DNA of 64,000 bases from Gemmatimonadales bacterium (GTDB taxonomy: Bacteria > Gemmatimonadota > Gemmatimonadetes > Gemmatimonadales > GWC2-71-9). Where the stretch lies: NCBI GenBank assembly GCA_041390205.1, contig JAWKQJ010000008.1, forward strand, positions 5,842-69,841, written 5' to 3'. Below are positions 43,475-52,052 of this stretch, piece by piece. The translations under genes were made by a program, and so were the position numbers. A model generated the notes under the pieces. It saw only the letters and a list, made by a program, of their open reading frames with translations. It searched no databases and had not been told where the DNA came from. Positions within the stretch are counted from its first letter, which is position 1. Each line of letters opens with the position of its first letter.

Positions 43475-44761
43475 TTACGGGCCGGAGCGAGCCAGCAGCG
43501 CCTGGATCGGGACCCGGCGACTGACGATCACCTGCTCCCCGACCTTGGGCAGCGCCATCACCGCGCCGGGCTGGCTCATGTCCGGCCGGGCGCGAGCCGC
43601 GTCATGGTGGGCCTGCTCGCTCTGCTGACTCCAGGCCACGACGAGCGAGTCGCCCGCCCGCCCGAGCACCGGAAACTCGGCCGCACCGTCCCCGCTCAGG
43701 GCGAGGGTCGGCCCGAACTCGGCCCCGCTCGTCGCCGCCCTGAGCAGGATCCGCGGCGACGGGCCATGGCCGTCGTCCCAGGCGACGGCCACGGCGCCGC
43801 CCAACGGCTGGACCCGCACGTGAGCCGGCGCCGAGCTGGCCGCCACCGCCACCGGACGGACCGTGAAGGTCCGGCCCTGATCCTCTGACCGGCCGTAGTA
43901 GACGCCCGCCGAGCCTTCCTTGCCCGTCCACCATCCGAGATGCACCACGCCCTCACGGTCGACCATGAGGGAGGGGCCGGCGTGCGGACACGCGGAGATC
44001 ACCCAGTCGTCCGCTCGAGGGCGGACCGGATCCAGCCAGGTCGCACCGCCGTCCGGGGACCGCATCACCACCACGTCGCGGGCCCCGTTCTCGAAGACCT
44101 TGCGCCAGGATACGTAGAGCGAGCCGTCCGGTCCGAGCGCGAGCCCGGTCCGGCAACAAGGGCAGGCCTCGCCGGTGTCGATCGGCCTGGCGGGCGCCCA
44201 GGTCCGGCCCCCGTCGTCGGAGCGCCGAAGCCAGACCGACGATCGCCCGGCGGTCGAGCTGAGCCAGGCCGCGTACACCCGCCCCGAGTCGCCGGCCAGG
44301 ACGGCGTGGAAGTTGTGCGAGCCGAAGCGCTCCCCTTCGTTCACGCTGATCGGCTCGCTCCAGCTCTGCCCGCGGTCTTCGGAGCGCACCAGACGCAGCG
44401 CGCTCCGCGGAAATCGCTGCCCCGGCACCTCTTTGCCGACGGTGTAGAGCAGATAGAGGGAGCCGTCCGGAGCGGTCGCGAGCTGCGGGGGCGCTTCGCC
44501 GTGGGGGGCGACGGCGCCGAGCGGGTCGGCCACCTCCGCCCGACTCGGCTCGCCACCGGTCGGGGTGACCTCGATCGCGAGCCCGCCGTCGGCGGTCACG
44601 TAGGAGAGCACCCGGTCGCCGCTCGGATCGATCGCCAGCATCGGCGCGGCGCCCTGGCCGAGCGGCGTGGAGACCTGCTCGACCGCCGAGAGCGGAACCG
44701 GGTCGCGCTCTCCGCAGCCTAACGTTGCGAGGAGCGGGATCCAGATCCAGGCCGCTCTCAT
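43475..44761 (-). CDS. BNR/Asp-box repeat (sialidase-fold) lipoprotein
   Basis: The internal ATG at 44761 (ATGA overlap with the copC stop) gives 428 aa. Lipobox LATLGC. Asp-boxes SEDRGQSW, SDDGGRTW, SPDGGATW, SEDQGRTF. Cys pairs ACPCC and ACPH. Confidence 0.7.
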   Translation of the reverse strand: MRAAWIWIPLLATLGCGERDPVPLSAVEQVSTPLGQGAAPMLAIDPSGDRVLSYVTADGGLAIEVTPTGGEPSRAEVADPLGAVAPHGEAPPQLATAPDGSLYLLYTVGKEVPGQRFPRSALRLVRSEDRGQSWSEPISVNEGERFGSHNFHAVLAGDSGRVYAAWLSSTAGRSSVWLRRSDDGGRTWAPARPIDTGEACPCCRTGLALGPDGSLYVSWRKVFENGARDVVVMRSPDGGATWLDPVRPRADDWVISACPHAGPSLMVDREGVVHLGWWTGKEGSAGVYYGRSEDQGRTFTVRPVAVAASSAPAHVRVQPLGGAVAVAWDDGHGPSPRILLRAATSGAEFGPTLALSGDGAAEFPVLGRAGDSLVVAWSQQSEQAHHDAARARPDMSQPGAVMALPKVGEQVIVSRRVPIQALLARSGP

Positions 44762-45132
44762 TCGCCAGCCACCTTGAACGCGAAGCGGCCTCGAACGGCA
44801 TGGCCGTCGTCGCTCGCCGTCCGCCAGACCACGGTATAGGTGCCCGGGCCGAGTGCGGCGCCGAGCGTCGCCCGGACCGCGAGGGAGTCCGCCCCCGCGG
44901 TCGGCTTCCCGACGGCGAGCTTGGCCCCGTCGGCCGCCAGCAGGTTGATGCTCGAGAACGCGACCGACGGCTTTTCCTTGAACCAGAGCTCGATGGTCCG
45001 GGGCGAGCTGGCCAGCGTCTCGTCCTCGGCCGGCGCGCTCCTGGTCAGGTGGTTGTGCATGGCGGCCACGGTCCCGGCGCCGAGCCCGACGAGCAGGGCC
45101 AGCACCGCGATCGGCGAGAAGATCCGCTTCAT
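44758..45132 (-). CDS. copC: CopC domain-containing periplasmic protein
   Basis: 124 aa: signal peptide, then HNHLTRSAPAEDETL, YTVVWRTASDDGHAVRGRFAFKV. Confidence 0.8.
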   Translation of the reverse strand: MKRIFSPIAVLALLVGLGAGTVAAMHNHLTRSAPAEDETLASSPRTIELWFKEKPSVAFSSINLLAADGAKLAVGKPTAGADSLAVRATLGAALGPGTYTVVWRTASDDGHAVRGRFAFKVAGE

Positions 45133-45190
45133 CGTTGCATCCTCCTATGGTGATCGGGGGCGCCGGGCGCGAGCCCGGCGCCACACCGGG

Positions 45191-47530
45191 TCAGTCCAGT
45201 CTCGCGGCGCCCAGGAAGTACTGGGCGCCGAGATAGAGCGTGCGCGGCTGGCCCGGCCGATAGCGGCGGCCCTGGAACGCGTTGTAGCTGGTGCTCTCGG
45301 CATACCGCGCGTTGCCGGCGTTCTGAAGGCGGCCGACCAGCTGCAGCCCGGTGACGACCGGGACGGCGGCCGAGAGGTTGAACAGGTCGTAGCCGTCGTA
45401 GCGCTCGGTGTTGTCCGGGTTCATCCAGTAGTGGCCCATGTGGACCCACTCGGCGGACAGGTAGCCGGAGCGCAGCAGGGCCGGCGTCCAGGTGGCGCCG
45501 ATCCGGCCCATGTTGCTCGGGGCGAGCTCGATGGTCTGCCCGCTGTAGTCGACCGTCGTGCTGGGCCGCCACTCCCGGTACTCCTGATCGGTGTACGCCC
45601 AGCTGCCGTCCACCCGGAACGCGGTGGTCGGTCGGACGCTCAAGCCCAGCTCGACGCCGCGGTGACGGGTGGCGCCGGCGTTGGTCGCGGTGCGGAGCCC
45701 GTTGGCGGGATCGAGAAAGGTGAGGATGTCGTCCGTGATGTCGAGCTGATAGAGCGTCACGTCGAAGCCGACCCGGCCGGCGACGTTGCCGCGGAGCCCC
45801 GCCTCGTAGTTGTCGGCCTTGACGGGCGCCAGGTCGACCGTGCTCACCGCCTGACCCTGCCGGAAGAGCTGGCTCTCCGACGGCGCGCGGAAGGCCGCGC
45901 GATAGGAGACGAAGGCGTTGAGGGAGGACGAGAGATCGAGTGTGGCGCCGAGCTTCGGCGTGAGCCGGCGATAGTCCACCGACGTCGAGCCGGGTACTCG
46001 GTGCGCGCCGGTCTGCACCGGGGCCAGCGCGGTCTCGTAGGAGAAGCCCACGTTGTCGAGCCGGAGACCGAAGTCGAGGTGCAGCCGATCGGCGACCGTC
46101 GCGTTGAGCTGCGCGTACGGCGACGCCTGCCAGAAGGTGACGTCGTAGTCGTACTGGACCTCGCCCGTGGTGTAGCTCACGTACCTGCCGGCATCCTGGG
46201 TCGGGACGATCTGCTGCTCGAGCCGGCTCCCGGGACTCACCTCCAGATCCAGGCCGACGCTCAGATTCGCGTTGAGCGCGGGAATCGTCCGGCGGAACCG
46301 GGTGAGCAAGCCGAGCGACGAGTTGCGGCTCTCCCAGACCTGGGGATCGAACGAGAGCTGCCACGAGGGCAGCAGGTCGAGCTCGTTGCGGCGTCCGTAG
46401 AGCGTGGCCGCGAAGAGGGAGAGGCCCTCCTGGCGCTCCAGCGTGGAGGACGCCCGGAGCGCGAAGACCCGCCGAAACGCGACCGGGGTCGAGTTCTTCG
46501 TCGGATCGGTGTCGAAGTCGGCTTGGGTGACCTCGCCGCCGCCGTCGCCGGGTTGGTCGATGTGGGAGAGCGCGACGACCGTCTTGAGCGAGGTCGTCGG
46601 CCCGACGGCATGGTCCCAGCGAACCGTCCCGCTCTGGCGGGAGTAGGGCGCCTGGTCCCGATAGCTGTCCGAGTGGGTCAGATTGAGGTCGGCGCGGAGG
46701 CCGTTCCGCCCCCAGGTGTTGCTCGCGCTGCCGAGGGCGCGGAGATAGCCGAAGCGACCGCCCTCCAGGAACAGCTCGCCGCCGGCCCCGGCGGTCGGAG
46801 CCCGGGTGAAGCTGCTCACCACGCCGCCGATCGCGTCGCTCCCGTAGAGCGCGGAGCCCGGCCCCTTGATCACCTCGATCCGGGCGGCCTGGGGAATGTT
46901 GATCTCGTAGAGCGCGTTGTGATTGAAGAAGCCGGTGGAACGGATCGGAACGCCGTCCTCGAGGTAGGCGTAGACCGGCTTGGTGGTGATCGGTTGGCGG
47001 ATCGCCGTGAAGTGGCCCTCGCCACTCAGGTTGGCGACCCAGGCGCCGGCCACCTGCTGCACGACGTCCGCAGGATGGTGCGGACGGGCGCGGCGCAGGG
47101 CCTCCTCGTCGACCACCCCGATGCTGGCGGCGGTCTCGCTCCTGGTCTGCGCCTCACGGGAGACGCTCACGACGAGGTCGTCGAGCGAGACCGGCTCGGC
47201 CTCGAGCACGACGTCGCGAGTCACCTCGGCGCCCGCCGTGACCCGCACGGTCACCCTGGTGGCTCCCCACCCGATTGCCCGGATCGCGATCTCCTGGGTG
47301 CCTGCCGGAACGCCGGTGAGCCGATAGCGACCCTCCGCGTCGCTCTCGACGCTCCGTCCCGTCGCCAACGCCCGGATCGACGCGCCGACCACGGCACGGC
47401 CTGAACCGGCCTCCACGACCCGACCGACGACCGTGCCGGTCGGGGCCTGCGCGCCGAGCGCACCGCTCGACAGCCAATACAGCGACATCACACCCGCCAC
47501 GACCCGGCGAGCGATCGAAGTCCAACGCAT
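45191..47530 (-). CDS. TonB-dependent receptor with N-terminal CarboxypepD_reg domain
   Basis: 779 aa. G(T/R)V.D..G.P..GA-type regulatory domain, plug (IEVIKGPGSALYGSDAIGGVV), and a long beta-barrel. Confidence 0.9.
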   Translation of the reverse strand: MRWTSIARRVVAGVMSLYWLSSGALGAQAPTGTVVGRVVEAGSGRAVVGASIRALATGRSVESDAEGRYRLTGVPAGTQEIAIRAIGWGATRVTVRVTAGAEVTRDVVLEAEPVSLDDLVVSVSREAQTRSETAASIGVVDEEALRRARPHHPADVVQQVAGAWVANLSGEGHFTAIRQPITTKPVYAYLEDGVPIRSTGFFNHNALYEINIPQAARIEVIKGPGSALYGSDAIGGVVSSFTRAPTAGAGGELFLEGGRFGYLRALGSASNTWGRNGLRADLNLTHSDSYRDQAPYSRQSGTVRWDHAVGPTTSLKTVVALSHIDQPGDGGGEVTQADFDTDPTKNSTPVAFRRVFALRASSTLERQEGLSLFAATLYGRRNELDLLPSWQLSFDPQVWESRNSSLGLLTRFRRTIPALNANLSVGLDLEVSPGSRLEQQIVPTQDAGRYVSYTTGEVQYDYDVTFWQASPYAQLNATVADRLHLDFGLRLDNVGFSYETALAPVQTGAHRVPGSTSVDYRRLTPKLGATLDLSSSLNAFVSYRAAFRAPSESQLFRQGQAVSTVDLAPVKADNYEAGLRGNVAGRVGFDVTLYQLDITDDILTFLDPANGLRTATNAGATRHRGVELGLSVRPTTAFRVDGSWAYTDQEYREWRPSTTVDYSGQTIELAPSNMGRIGATWTPALLRSGYLSAEWVHMGHYWMNPDNTERYDGYDLFNLSAAVPVVTGLQLVGRLQNAGNARYAESTSYNAFQGRRYRPGQPRTLYLGAQYFLGAARLD

Positions 47531-47620
47531 TCACCACACTCCCCCGGAGCCGACTCGCCCCGGTGAAAGAGATTGCAGCCGGTCGAGGAGACCGGCCAAG
47601 GCTGGGATTGGGAGAAGTGG

Positions 47621-47995
47621 TTAGGCGGTGGGTGGCGCTGTGGCCGGGGGCTGGCGGCGGTCCGGCCGGGCGGCCAACGGCGTGGCCGCCGCGAGTCGCG
47701 GCCCGGCCCGCTCGAACACGAGCGGCTCGAGGACCGGGGTGCCGGCGGCCTTCGGAACGGCCGCGGAGGACACCTGACAGGCGCCGAGGCACTGGCAGGT
47801 CCCGGCGTGGGTCCCACCCTGCTCCGGCGCCGTCTCGTGGTGGTGCCCCGCTCCCGACCCGGCCTCCGCCCCCGCCATCCACGGCATGTCGACCGGGCAT
47901 GGGTGCAGGACCGGCAACGCCACCCCGCCCAGGCCCGGCGAAGCACCGAGCAGGAGCAGGCTGAAGAGCCGGGAGTGGCGGAGCGAGCGCAGCAT
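47621..47995 (-). CDS. Secreted Cys/His-rich small protein (putative metal-binding, DUF2946-like guess)
   Basis: 124 aa with a signal-like N-terminus, HPCPVDMPWM, GHHHE and GTCQCLGAC. The family guess is tentative. Confidence 0.4.
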   Translation of the reverse strand: MLRSLRHSRLFSLLLLGASPGLGGVALPVLHPCPVDMPWMAGAEAGSGAGHHHETAPEQGGTHAGTCQCLGACQVSSAAVPKAAGTPVLEPLVFERAGPRLAAATPLAARPDRRQPPATAPPTA

Positions 47996-48034
47996 GGGAC
48001 TACACGCTAATGCCGGGACCAGGACGGCGCCAGA

Positions 48035-49417
48035 TCATTGCCGAGCGGCGAACTCCGCCAGGAAGGCCAACAACCGGTCGACGTCCTCCTCGTTGCTGGC
48101 GACGCCAAGCGAGGCCCGCAGCGCCCCGGCCGCGTATCCGGGGCCGAGGCAACGGCCGAACCGCTCCACCGAGAACTCCCCCGGCCCGAGACGATCGAGG
48201 CAGTCGCCGGTGCGATCCGCCGGAAAGCCGAAGGCGATCTCGGCGGCGCCGGGATTGCAGAAGCAGCCGCCGCGCAGGTGGATCCTACGGTCTCCGGCTT
48301 CGCGCTCGATCGCCTCGAACTCGATCACCTCGCCATTCGGCCGAAGCAGATTGAACGCGACGGTGCCGCCCCGGTCCACGACCGAGTCCGGGCCGTAGAG
48401 GGACACCATCGGAGAGCCGTCGGCATGCCGGAGGGCACGGAGACCGTCCAGCAGGCGGGCGGTCAGGTATCGCACCCAGCGTCCGATCGCGTCGACACCG
48501 ACCTGGTCGAGGAACTCGAGCCCGGGCACGACGCCGCCGATCCCGAGAAAATTCGGCGTCCCGTCCTCGAACGCCTCCGCGCCACGGCGGAGCTGATGGC
48601 GACCGAGCTGGACCGAGACGAAATCCACGGTCCCGCCCGCGAACCACGGCCGCTCCAGCTCGGCCAGCGCCTCGTGACGGGCGATCAACGCGCCGACGCC
48701 GGTGGGAAAGCCGAACATCTTGTAGAACGACAGGCAGACGAAGTCCGCCTTCACCTTGCTCAGGTCGAGCCGACTGGTCGGGGCGAAGGCGGCGGCGTCG
48801 AGCAGCACTCGGTACCCGGCGCTCCTGGCGCGATCCACCAGCGCGAGCGGGTGCCGCACCCCCGAGAAGTTCGACTGTGCCGGGAAGGCGAACAGCGAGG
48901 GGCCGGCTCCGGGCTCCGGAAGCCGCGTGGCGGGATCGAGACGGAGCTCCGCGTCGAGCGGCAAGTGCGCGATCGTCGCCCCGACCCGCTTGGCGTACTC
49001 CACCAACCCGTTGACCGAGTTGTGATTGTCCTCGAGCAGCGCGTAGACGGAGTCGGCGCGAAAGGGAAAGGACTCGCCCACCAGCTTGATGGCGGCCGAG
49101 GCGTTGGCGGTGAAGATGACGGTGTAGGACGCGGGGTCGGCGGAGAAGAACTCCAGCACCCGCGCCCGGGTGCGCTCGATCAGCTCGGTCGCGTAGACCG
49201 ACGCGGGGTTGTGCGAGTGCGGGTTCCCGATCAACGCGTGCTCGATCAGCTCGCGATAACGCTCCATCTGGCAGTGCGCATGAAGACCGCTGCCGGTGTA
49301 GTCGAGGTAGGCGTGCCCCTCCTCCTCGAGGCGCGAGAACTCGGTCTCGCGCAGCGCGGCGAAGCTGGCTCGATCCGCCTCGATCCGCTCGGCCTCCGAC
49401 CCGCTCAGAATCCGCAT
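48035..49417 (-). CDS. Class V aminotransferase-fold, MOCOS/ABA3-type NifS-like enzyme (no MOSC domain)
   Basis: The internal ATG at 49417 gives 460 aa. SFYKMFGFPTGVGALI (PLP-Lys region) and RGGCFCNPGA (catalytic Cys loop) match my memory of the N-terminal domains of eukaryotic molybdenum cofactor sulfurases. Confidence 0.75.
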   Translation of the reverse strand: MRILSGSEAERIEADRASFAALRETEFSRLEEEGHAYLDYTGSGLHAHCQMERYRELIEHALIGNPHSHNPASVYATELIERTRARVLEFFSADPASYTVIFTANASAAIKLVGESFPFRADSVYALLEDNHNSVNGLVEYAKRVGATIAHLPLDAELRLDPATRLPEPGAGPSLFAFPAQSNFSGVRHPLALVDRARSAGYRVLLDAAAFAPTSRLDLSKVKADFVCLSFYKMFGFPTGVGALIARHEALAELERPWFAGGTVDFVSVQLGRHQLRRGAEAFEDGTPNFLGIGGVVPGLEFLDQVGVDAIGRWVRYLTARLLDGLRALRHADGSPMVSLYGPDSVVDRGGTVAFNLLRPNGEVIEFEAIEREAGDRRIHLRGGCFCNPGAAEIAFGFPADRTGDCLDRLGPGEFSVERFGRCLGPGYAAGALRASLGVASNEEDVDRLLAFLAEFAARQ

Positions 49418-50028
49418 CCGCGCCTCCGTGCCTTCTCGACCATCGCCCGCTCGGCGAGCCGGCCGCCGGTCGGATCGTCGAGCCAGGCTGGCGTGCCGTC
49501 CGGCGGCCGGGGGCCGCCCCGGCGGGGCAACCCTCCGAAGTATCGGCTCAGCTCGCCGATCTCGGGCCACGCCGCGAGCTCGGCCTCGGTCGCCTCGTCG
49601 GGCAGCACGGGGTGCTCGATCGCCTCCAGCCAATCCGAGACCCCGCGCTCCAAATAGTAGACCCGGTCGAGGCCCTTCGCACGGAGCAACAGCCAGGCCT
49701 GAGCCGGGATCGGCCCCGCGCCGCCGTAGAGCACGATGGTCCGCCCCGGGTCGAGCCGTCTCCGCTCGAGCTCGACCAGCTCCACCCGCTCGGCCGTCGG
49801 GATGTGGAAGGCGCCGAAGTCGTCCTCGGACTGGAGATCGAGCAGGGTGAGATCGGCCCGCCTGCTCTTGATCCAGCGCGCGAGCTCGACCACCGAGAGC
49901 CGCCCTTCGCCCCGACCGATTCCCTCGACGAGGGCTGCCGGTATCCCGGCCGGGCGCGGCTGGCCTGCCAGCGCCGCCAGGACGCCCAGCGTGAGCGCCG
50001 CGAGCGCGAGTCGGGCGTGCCGGCTCAC
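49405..50028 (-). CDS. Rhodanese-homology domain protein lacking the catalytic Cys; C-terminal ..RRRGCGF
   Basis: GTG at 50028 in a GTGA overlap. N-terminal hydrophobic anchor or signal. Rhodanese fold LLDLQSEDDFGAFHIPTA..TIVLYGGAGPIPAQ has Gly where Cys is expected. Overlaps the next gene by 13 nt. Confidence 0.6.
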   Translation of the reverse strand: MSRHARLALAALTLGVLAALAGQPRPAGIPAALVEGIGRGEGRLSVVELARWIKSRRADLTLLDLQSEDDFGAFHIPTAERVELVELERRRLDPGRTIVLYGGAGPIPAQAWLLLRAKGLDRVYYLERGVSDWLEAIEHPVLPDEATEAELAAWPEIGELSRYFGGLPRRGGPRPPDGTPAWLDDPTGGRLAERAMVEKARRRGCGF

Positions 50029-50585
50029 CGCGCCGCCCGGCGGCGTTCGATCGCCTCCGCCAACCGGAAGGCGCCGAGCGCCGCCACCACCACGGCGAGC
50101 ACCGCGAGCCCGGGAGACACCCCGGCGAGGTCGCCGAGCGTCACCGTGCCCAGCGGTGAGGAATCGTAGAAGGAGGCGACCCGCGCGAAGCCCTCGTTGA
50201 ACACGACGATGCCGGCGCCCATCCCGAGCATCAGCGCCACGCCGTCGAGCCGGCCGGTCGAGGCGGCGACGCACGAGGTCCCGGGGCAGAGCCCACCCAT
50301 CACGAAGCCCAGGCCGAACACCGCGCCGCCGATCAAGTGCGGCCAGAGATAGGTCTCCGGCACGAAAACCCGGCCGACGTCGACCAGGCCGAGCCGACCC
50401 AGCCAGAAGAGGCCGAGCATCGCGGTCAGGATCGCCGAGAACATCACCTTGAGCACCGCGAAGTCGGTGAGGTAGAACTGACCGGCGAGCTTCCGCGCGC
50501 TTCCCATCCCGCCCTGCTCGAGGAAGAAGCCGAAGCCGACCCCGATCACGAGGGCGATCGCGATCTCGGAGCCGGTCACGTCCAC
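50025..50585 (-). CDS. YeeE/YedE family sulfur-transport membrane protein (half-size, B)
   Basis: About 186 aa. GTG at 50585 or 50579 overlaps the upstream stop. GGLCPGTSC motif. Confidence 0.75.
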   Translation of the reverse strand: MDVTGSEIAIALVIGVGFGFFLEQGGMGSARKLAGQFYLTDFAVLKVMFSAILTAMLGLFWLGRLGLVDVGRVFVPETYLWPHLIGGAVFGLGFVMGGLCPGTSCVAASTGRLDGVALMLGMGAGIVVFNEGFARVASFYDSSPLGTVTLGDLAGVSPGLAVLAVVVAALGAFRLAEAIERRRAAR

Positions 50586-51109
50586 TCCCGGCGGAAGAGC
50601 GGCGCCGCGAGATACGCGGCACCGAACGCCCCGACGATGAAGAGCCAGCTCCCGACGCTCAGCACGGCACCGCCCGAGAGCGCCTGCCCCGAGGTGCACC
50701 CGCGCGCCAGCTTGGCCCCCACGCCCATGATCGCGCCGCCGCCGAACGCCAGCGCGAGCCGGGCCCGGTCGGTGACCCGCGGCCCCCGCTCGATGGTTCG
50801 CCGGAAGCGGCCCGCCAGCCAGGCGGAGAGCGCCCCGCCCGCGAACACCCCGATCATCTCCCAGACCAGCCACTCGTCGAAGAGCGAACGGGGTCCCTCG
50901 GGAGCGTACGCCGCGTAGGCCGGGATCGAGGCCGCGTGCTCGGGCGCAACCAGCGACGCACCCGACGCGACCACGGAGGCGAACGCGCCGGAGGCGCCGA
51001 GCCCGCGCCCGACGAAGACGAACGCGGCGAGCAGCACCAGGCCGAGCCCGATCCCCGCGAGATAGGGATCGAGGTAGGGTCGCTCCTGCCGCGGGGAGGG
51101 GCCGGTCAT
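50576..51109 (-). CDS. YeeE/YedE family sulfur-transport membrane protein (half-size, A)
   Basis: 177 aa. The ATG at 51109 is in an ATGA overlap. ARGCTSGQALSG motif. Confidence 0.75.
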   Translation of the reverse strand: MTGPSPRQERPYLDPYLAGIGLGLVLLAAFVFVGRGLGASGAFASVVASGASLVAPEHAASIPAYAAYAPEGPRSLFDEWLVWEMIGVFAGGALSAWLAGRFRRTIERGPRVTDRARLALAFGGGAIMGVGAKLARGCTSGQALSGGAVLSVGSWLFIVGAFGAAYLAAPLFRREWT

Positions 51110-52020
51110 CGCCGCGTCGCCTCGGTGGTGAGCGGCAGGTCGCGCTTGGCCCAGTCCTGGAAGGAGCCGTCGTAGAGCCGCACCTCGTGGCCCAACACCC
51201 GGGCGGCCGTCAGGATCGAGTTGGCGTAGATCCCGATGTGGCAGTAGGCCACGACCACGTCGCCCGGCCGCACCCCGGCCGCGTCGAAGAGCGCGCGGAG
51301 CTCGGCGGTCGACTTGAAGCGTCCGTCTTCCTGCCAGACCTCCTGAACGCCGAGCGAGAGGGCGCCGGGCACGTGACCCGGCTTGCCGGGATCGTCCCGG
51401 CTGAACTGGCTGTTCCGCACCCCGTCGTAGAACGCCTGCCCTCGCGCGTCGATCACGGCCCACCCCTTGGCGTCGACGTGACCTCGCACGAACTCCGCGT
51501 CGACGACGAACCCGGTCCGAGGCCGGATCGTCAAGCTGCCCCGTGCCGTCGGCGACGCCTCGGCCGTGACCGGCCGGCCCGCGGCGGTCCAGGCCTCGAG
51601 GCCACCGTCGAGCACCACGGCCCGATCGCCCAGGCCGGCATAGTAGAGGGTCGAGAAGACCCGGAGCGCGCTGGTGCCCCAGTCCTTGGCGGCCACCACC
51701 ACCGGGCGGGACCGGTCCGACAAGCCGAGATCCTCGAGCTGCCGCTCGAGGGTCGAGTCGGCCGGGAACTCGACCGCGAGCGCGTCGGGACCCGACGGCG
51801 CGGTGATCGAGCCGAGCTGCACCTGACGCGCACCCGCGATGTGCGCCGTCTGGTAGGCGTCCTTCGGTCCGACGTGGAGGATCACCAGGTCGGGGTCGTT
51901 CAAGTGGGCCGCGAGCCATTCGACCGTGACGAAGAGGCGGTCACGGTGATCCTGCGCCGCCGCCGGCGCAGGGCCAATGGCGATCAGCACGGCAGTGAGA
52001 ACGGAGAGCTGCATGCGCAT
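51106..52020 (-). CDS. Secreted double-rhodanese sulfurtransferase, paralog 3
   Basis: 304 aa: signal peptide MRMQLSVLTAVLIAIGPAPAAAQ and two rhodanese domains. Active-site loop AYCHIGIYA. Confidence 0.8.
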   Translation of the reverse strand: MRMQLSVLTAVLIAIGPAPAAAQDHRDRLFVTVEWLAAHLNDPDLVILHVGPKDAYQTAHIAGARQVQLGSITAPSGPDALAVEFPADSTLERQLEDLGLSDRSRPVVVAAKDWGTSALRVFSTLYYAGLGDRAVVLDGGLEAWTAAGRPVTAEASPTARGSLTIRPRTGFVVDAEFVRGHVDAKGWAVIDARGQAFYDGVRNSQFSRDDPGKPGHVPGALSLGVQEVWQEDGRFKSTAELRALFDAAGVRPGDVVVAYCHIGIYANSILTAARVLGHEVRLYDGSFQDWAKRDLPLTTEATRR

Positions 52021-52052
52021 GAGCAAAGCCTCGGGTGATTCGTTCGACGGGA

